DNA of 64,000 nucleotides, taken from the UHGV virus genome UHGV-0373904. One strand, given 5' to 3'. Both the position numbers and the translations under genes were made by a program. The notes beneath the pieces were generated by a model, which worked only from the letters and a program-made list of their open reading frames with translations, made no database searches and was not told the DNA's origin. This stretch comes from a virus. Shown one piece after another: positions 61,066-64,000 of the stretch. The first letter of the stretch is position 1. Every line of letters begins with the position of its first letter.

Positions 61066-61321
61066 TAGTTATAAAAGAGAGGGGTTCACACCCTTCTTTG
61101 AAGAAAAAAGTTTAAATAAATTTCAGGAAGAGTGTTTGACAAAGATTGATAGGTTCTATAGAATGCTCTACATGAAATGTGATGGTGGCGTTGAGGTAGA
61201 AGAAAAGTTCCATCACAGTATTATCACAGTCACTATTACTATACCTGAACATAATATTGGTTGGCTGTTTATAATGAAAGAAAATGTGTTTGAATATCAA
61301 GTATATCGGAGAATATCATGA
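61028..61321 (+). CDS. Hypothetical protein (97 aa)
   Basis: ORF overlapping the 3' end of the primase-helicase gene; coding status uncertain. Confidence 0.35.
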   Translation: MRMQMTAHSKLSDSYKREGFTPFFEEKSLNKFQEECLTKIDRFYRMLYMKCDGGVEVEEKFHHSIITVTITIPEHNIGWLFIMKENVFEYQVYRRIS

Positions 61322-61467
61322 AACACTCTAAAGCATTTGAAAAAGTTTTTGGGGACTCTTTAAAAGCCACTGCTGGAAAACCAGCAAAATACTATGAAGA
61401 AAAACGTGTAAGAACTGGAAAAACTGCACGTAAAGCAGCTTCTAAAGATAAGCACAACTTCCAGTAA
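61318..61467 (+). CDS. Small basic protein (49 aa, candidate)
   Basis: ATG-initiated ORF MKHSKAFEKVFGDSLKATAGKPAKYYEEKRVRTGKTARKAASKDKHNFQ, below the ORF-track threshold; Lys-rich. Confidence 0.3.
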   Translation: MKHSKAFEKVFGDSLKATAGKPAKYYEEKRVRTGKTARKAASKDKHNFQ

Positions 61468-61539
61468 TTAATGTTTGACAATAGAGTATCAACAAATTAG
61501 AATTGGTACTCTTCATAAATTGAGATAGAGGTTTAAATA

Positions 61540-62397
61540 ATGTCTAAAGTTGTTAAAATGAAAGCTCCGGTAGAGAAGTACAACGGTACTGAACGTCAAA
61601 CTCTGCGTTACCTGCTGAAAGATGTCTGGTTTTATTACCTGAATACTTCACCACGTCCGGGAAAAGGTAAGTCTATTGATAAGAAATTCCCAGGAAAAGA
61701 TTGTAACTACAGCGTATCAATTCTGGCAGAAGACGGTAACAAACTGTTTAAAGAGTTTACTAAGTCTAAGAAAAATCCAGAAGGATGGGATAAAGTTACT
61801 ACTGAAGCAGTTGATGCAGACGACTTCGAAGAGAAGTTTGGTTGTAAACCACCTTTTGAAGCAGACACTTACTACATCTTGAAAGTAAGTCGTGCAGCAG
61901 CTTATAAAGATGGTGCTGTATGGACAGCTAAACAGTCATTCCCTGTAATGCTGATTGAAGAAGTAAATGGTAAGCGTGTAGCTGTTAAGCAGCCGATGAA
62001 GAAAATCAAAGCTCAAGCATCTGACAAACATGAAGATGATAAGAACTATGATGTAATTCATCCAGATATTGCAGTTGGTAACGGTTCTTTTGGTAGTGTG
62101 ATTCTTTCTACTCACTTCTACACTTTTGAGAACAATGTCTTGACAAAGCCTATTCAGGAACAGTTTATCATTGATACTCTTGTACCTTACACTGGTGGTA
62201 ACGGTGCTAACGGTGAACCTGAACTGGATGAAGATGAACTGGCTATGCTTGGTCTTGATGGTGTCGAAGATAACGGTGAAATCACTGAAGAAGACGCAAC
62301 AGACCATAAATCTTCGAATGATTCTGATGATGGTGACGATGAAGACTTGCCAGACCCAGATGACGAAGAAGATGAAGACTTCGATACAGAAGACTAA
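61540..62397 (+). CDS. Single-stranded DNA-binding protein (candidate) with acidic C-terminal tail
   Basis: C-terminal DDGDDEDLPDPDDEEDEDFDTED resembles the acidic tails of phage SSBs; located in the replication module. Confidence 0.55.
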   Translation: MSKVVKMKAPVEKYNGTERQTLRYLLKDVWFYYLNTSPRPGKGKSIDKKFPGKDCNYSVSILAEDGNKLFKEFTKSKKNPEGWDKVTTEAVDADDFEEKFGCKPPFEADTYYILKVSRAAAYKDGAVWTAKQSFPVMLIEEVNGKRVAVKQPMKKIKAQASDKHEDDKNYDVIHPDIAVGNGSFGSVILSTHFYTFENNVLTKPIQEQFIIDTLVPYTGGNGANGEPELDEDELAMLGLDGVEDNGEITEEDATDHKSSNDSDDGDDEDLPDPDDEEDEDFDTED

Positions 62398-62416
62398 TCT
62401 CTAAAAGTTACTTTAA

Positions 62417-62445
62417 AGCCCTGTACTTAGTATGGGGCTTTTTCA
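62417..62445 (+). terminator. Terminator-like hairpin after SSB-like gene
   Basis: agccc..ggggct followed by ttttt. Confidence 0.45.
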
Positions 62446-62459
62446 TATGGAGAGTCACA

Positions 62460-63500
62460 ATGGAGAAGTACACATTAAAAAAACTTCCCGATTCAGTTAC
62501 ACATGTCTTTATTGACTCTGACAGCATTGCCTATAAAGGTGCTTGTGTAGTTGAGAAAGCAAAGTATAAATACGTTAATAAACTCACAGCAGAAGAATCT
62601 GAATCATTTGATAATGCAAAAGATGCTGCAAGATGGTTAGCAGACCAGAGAATCCTTGTAGAAGAGCTTGGCCTAGCATTTGATGAAGATGAATGGGAAA
62701 GACAGACTTGGAAAGAAGCTAAGAGTGAAAAAGAAGCTATCATGGCTACTCAGCAGGTTCTTCAGGAATGGCTTAAGGTTGTTGGTAAAGAAAGAACTTG
62801 GGTAGGTTATTTGACAGAGAAGGGTGTGCATAAACATAAAGATGTGAAAGGTCTTGAGCACCAATATCAAGGTAACCGTAAAGATGCTGTCACACCAACA
62901 CATTTAGTCGCTTGTCGTGAGTATCTTCTGTCAAGACCAGAGTTCAAACTCTTAAAGGGAGGATTCGAAGCCGATTCAATCGTAATTGCTAAAGCTGAAA
63001 AGATGGGTAAGAAGGCTGCTCTCATGAGTATTGACAAAGACCTTCGACAAGCTGAAGGGACTTATTGTATTGATATGACTTATGAAAAGTCACCACTAAT
63101 TTTTATTGCTGATAGTAATGTTGGTGATATCTGGGATTGTCCTATCAAATCAAAACCAAAAGCTGCAAAAACAGTTGGTGTAGGTTTTAAATTTTTGTGT
63201 TATCAGGCTGTTGCTGGAGATAATGCAGACAACTACTTCGGCCTTAAAGGTGCTGGTAAAGTAGCTGTGATGAATGCTTTAGAGGGTAAAGAGACCTATA
63301 AAGAGTGTCTTGATGCTATCTATGAACTCTATGCTAAAAAAGACTCTTACACCTATGTATCATGGGATGGACAGACTGTTACAAAGACACCGTTAGAGCT
63401 AATGGAACAGCATTTCTGGATAGCTTATCAAGAAAGAAATCCAAAAGATAATTTCTCTTTTAAGAAATATAATTGGGAGCCGTGTATGAATGAAGATTAA
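62460..63500 (+). CDS. 5'-3' exonuclease / flap endonuclease (FEN/RNase H-like)
   Basis: N-terminal FIDSDSIAYKGA, central GGFEADSIVIAKA (compare GxEADD), SIDKDLRQ (compare DKDL); typical placement beside primase and SSB genes. Confidence 0.75.
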   Translation: MEKYTLKKLPDSVTHVFIDSDSIAYKGACVVEKAKYKYVNKLTAEESESFDNAKDAARWLADQRILVEELGLAFDEDEWERQTWKEAKSEKEAIMATQQVLQEWLKVVGKERTWVGYLTEKGVHKHKDVKGLEHQYQGNRKDAVTPTHLVACREYLLSRPEFKLLKGGFEADSIVIAKAEKMGKKAALMSIDKDLRQAEGTYCIDMTYEKSPLIFIADSNVGDIWDCPIKSKPKAAKTVGVGFKFLCYQAVAGDNADNYFGLKGAGKVAVMNALEGKETYKECLDAIYELYAKKDSYTYVSWDGQTVTKTPLELMEQHFWIAYQERNPKDNFSFKKYNWEPCMNED

Positions 63501-63987
63501 AGGATTTGGCAATTGCCCCACCTATGGTCATTGGGTATCTTTATGTGGGGAAGTTGACCCCACTAAACATTTTGGTTTTATCTATTTAGTACACTGTAAG
63601 AAGACTGGACAATATTATATAGGAAAGAAACAGCTTAATAGTGTGACTAAAAGAAAAGTTGCTGGCAAGACTCGGAAGAAGGTAGTCACTAAGGAGAGTG
63701 ATTGGATGACTTACGAAACCTCTTCTGAGTATATTAAAAAAGATATTGAAAGCTTTGGAAAAGAATCTTTTGATTTTTACATTATTCAAACCTACTACAC
63801 AAAAGGTGGTCTAGTCTATGGTGAAGCAAACCTTCAACATAAATTCGATGTAATGACAAAAAGGATTGACTCGAAGCTCAGGCTCTTCTACAATGCCAAT
63901 ATTGCAGCAATTAAGTTTATTACTAAAGAAACTTATGAAGATGCTGAAAAAAGAATCCATAAGGTAATGAAAGCAAACTGTGCTTGA
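63490..63987 (+). CDS. GIY-YIG nuclease domain protein
   Basis: FGFIYLVHCKKTGQYYIGKK gives GIY, ten residues, YIG; downstream Arg and Glu/Asn residues consistent with the catalytic core; 165 aa. Confidence 0.75.
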   Translation: MKIKGFGNCPTYGHWVSLCGEVDPTKHFGFIYLVHCKKTGQYYIGKKQLNSVTKRKVAGKTRKKVVTKESDWMTYETSSEYIKKDIESFGKESFDFYIIQTYYTKGGLVYGEANLQHKFDVMTKRIDSKLRLFYNANIAAIKFITKETYEDAEKRIHKVMKANCA

Positions 63988-64000
63988 TAACTATTGAGAG

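Overview
AT-rich (~40% GC) virulent-looking dsDNA phage segment; no integrase or repressor module was seen. All calls are from manual reading of the sequence and ORF track; no searches or folding tools were run. Layout: (1) 1-3900, nine small + strand early genes, each preceded by a GC hairpin plus a conserved ~30-nt leader ending in GGAG; (2) 3961-5569, a 1.6-kb ORF-free field of degenerate YTGTTARR repeats; (3) 5570-13574, a - strand block of small ORFs with a GH24 lysozyme and an Ig-like repeat protein; (4) 13966-15834, + strand genes including a vWA/MIDAS protein; (5) 16000-21303, about 27 + strand tRNA genes interspersed with promoters, covarying hairpin spacers and three ORFs; (6) 21500-44650, a late module: terminase large subunit, portal, prohead protease/scaffold, major capsid, sheath, tube, tape measure, baseplate and two His-rich tail fibres, i.e. 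a contractile-tail phage; (7) 45338-56621, - strand nucleotide-metabolism/replication genes (thymidylate synthase, DHFR, ATP-dependent ligase, HNH-AP2 endonuclease, family A DNA polymerase) separated by two duplicated CA-rich intergenic modules; (8) 56849-63987, + strand replication genes (dNMP kinase-like, primase-helicase, SSB-like, 5'-3' exonuclease, GIY-YIG nuclease). The most unusual signals are the repeat field, the structured spacers and atypical tRNAs in the array, and the duplicated intergenic modules.
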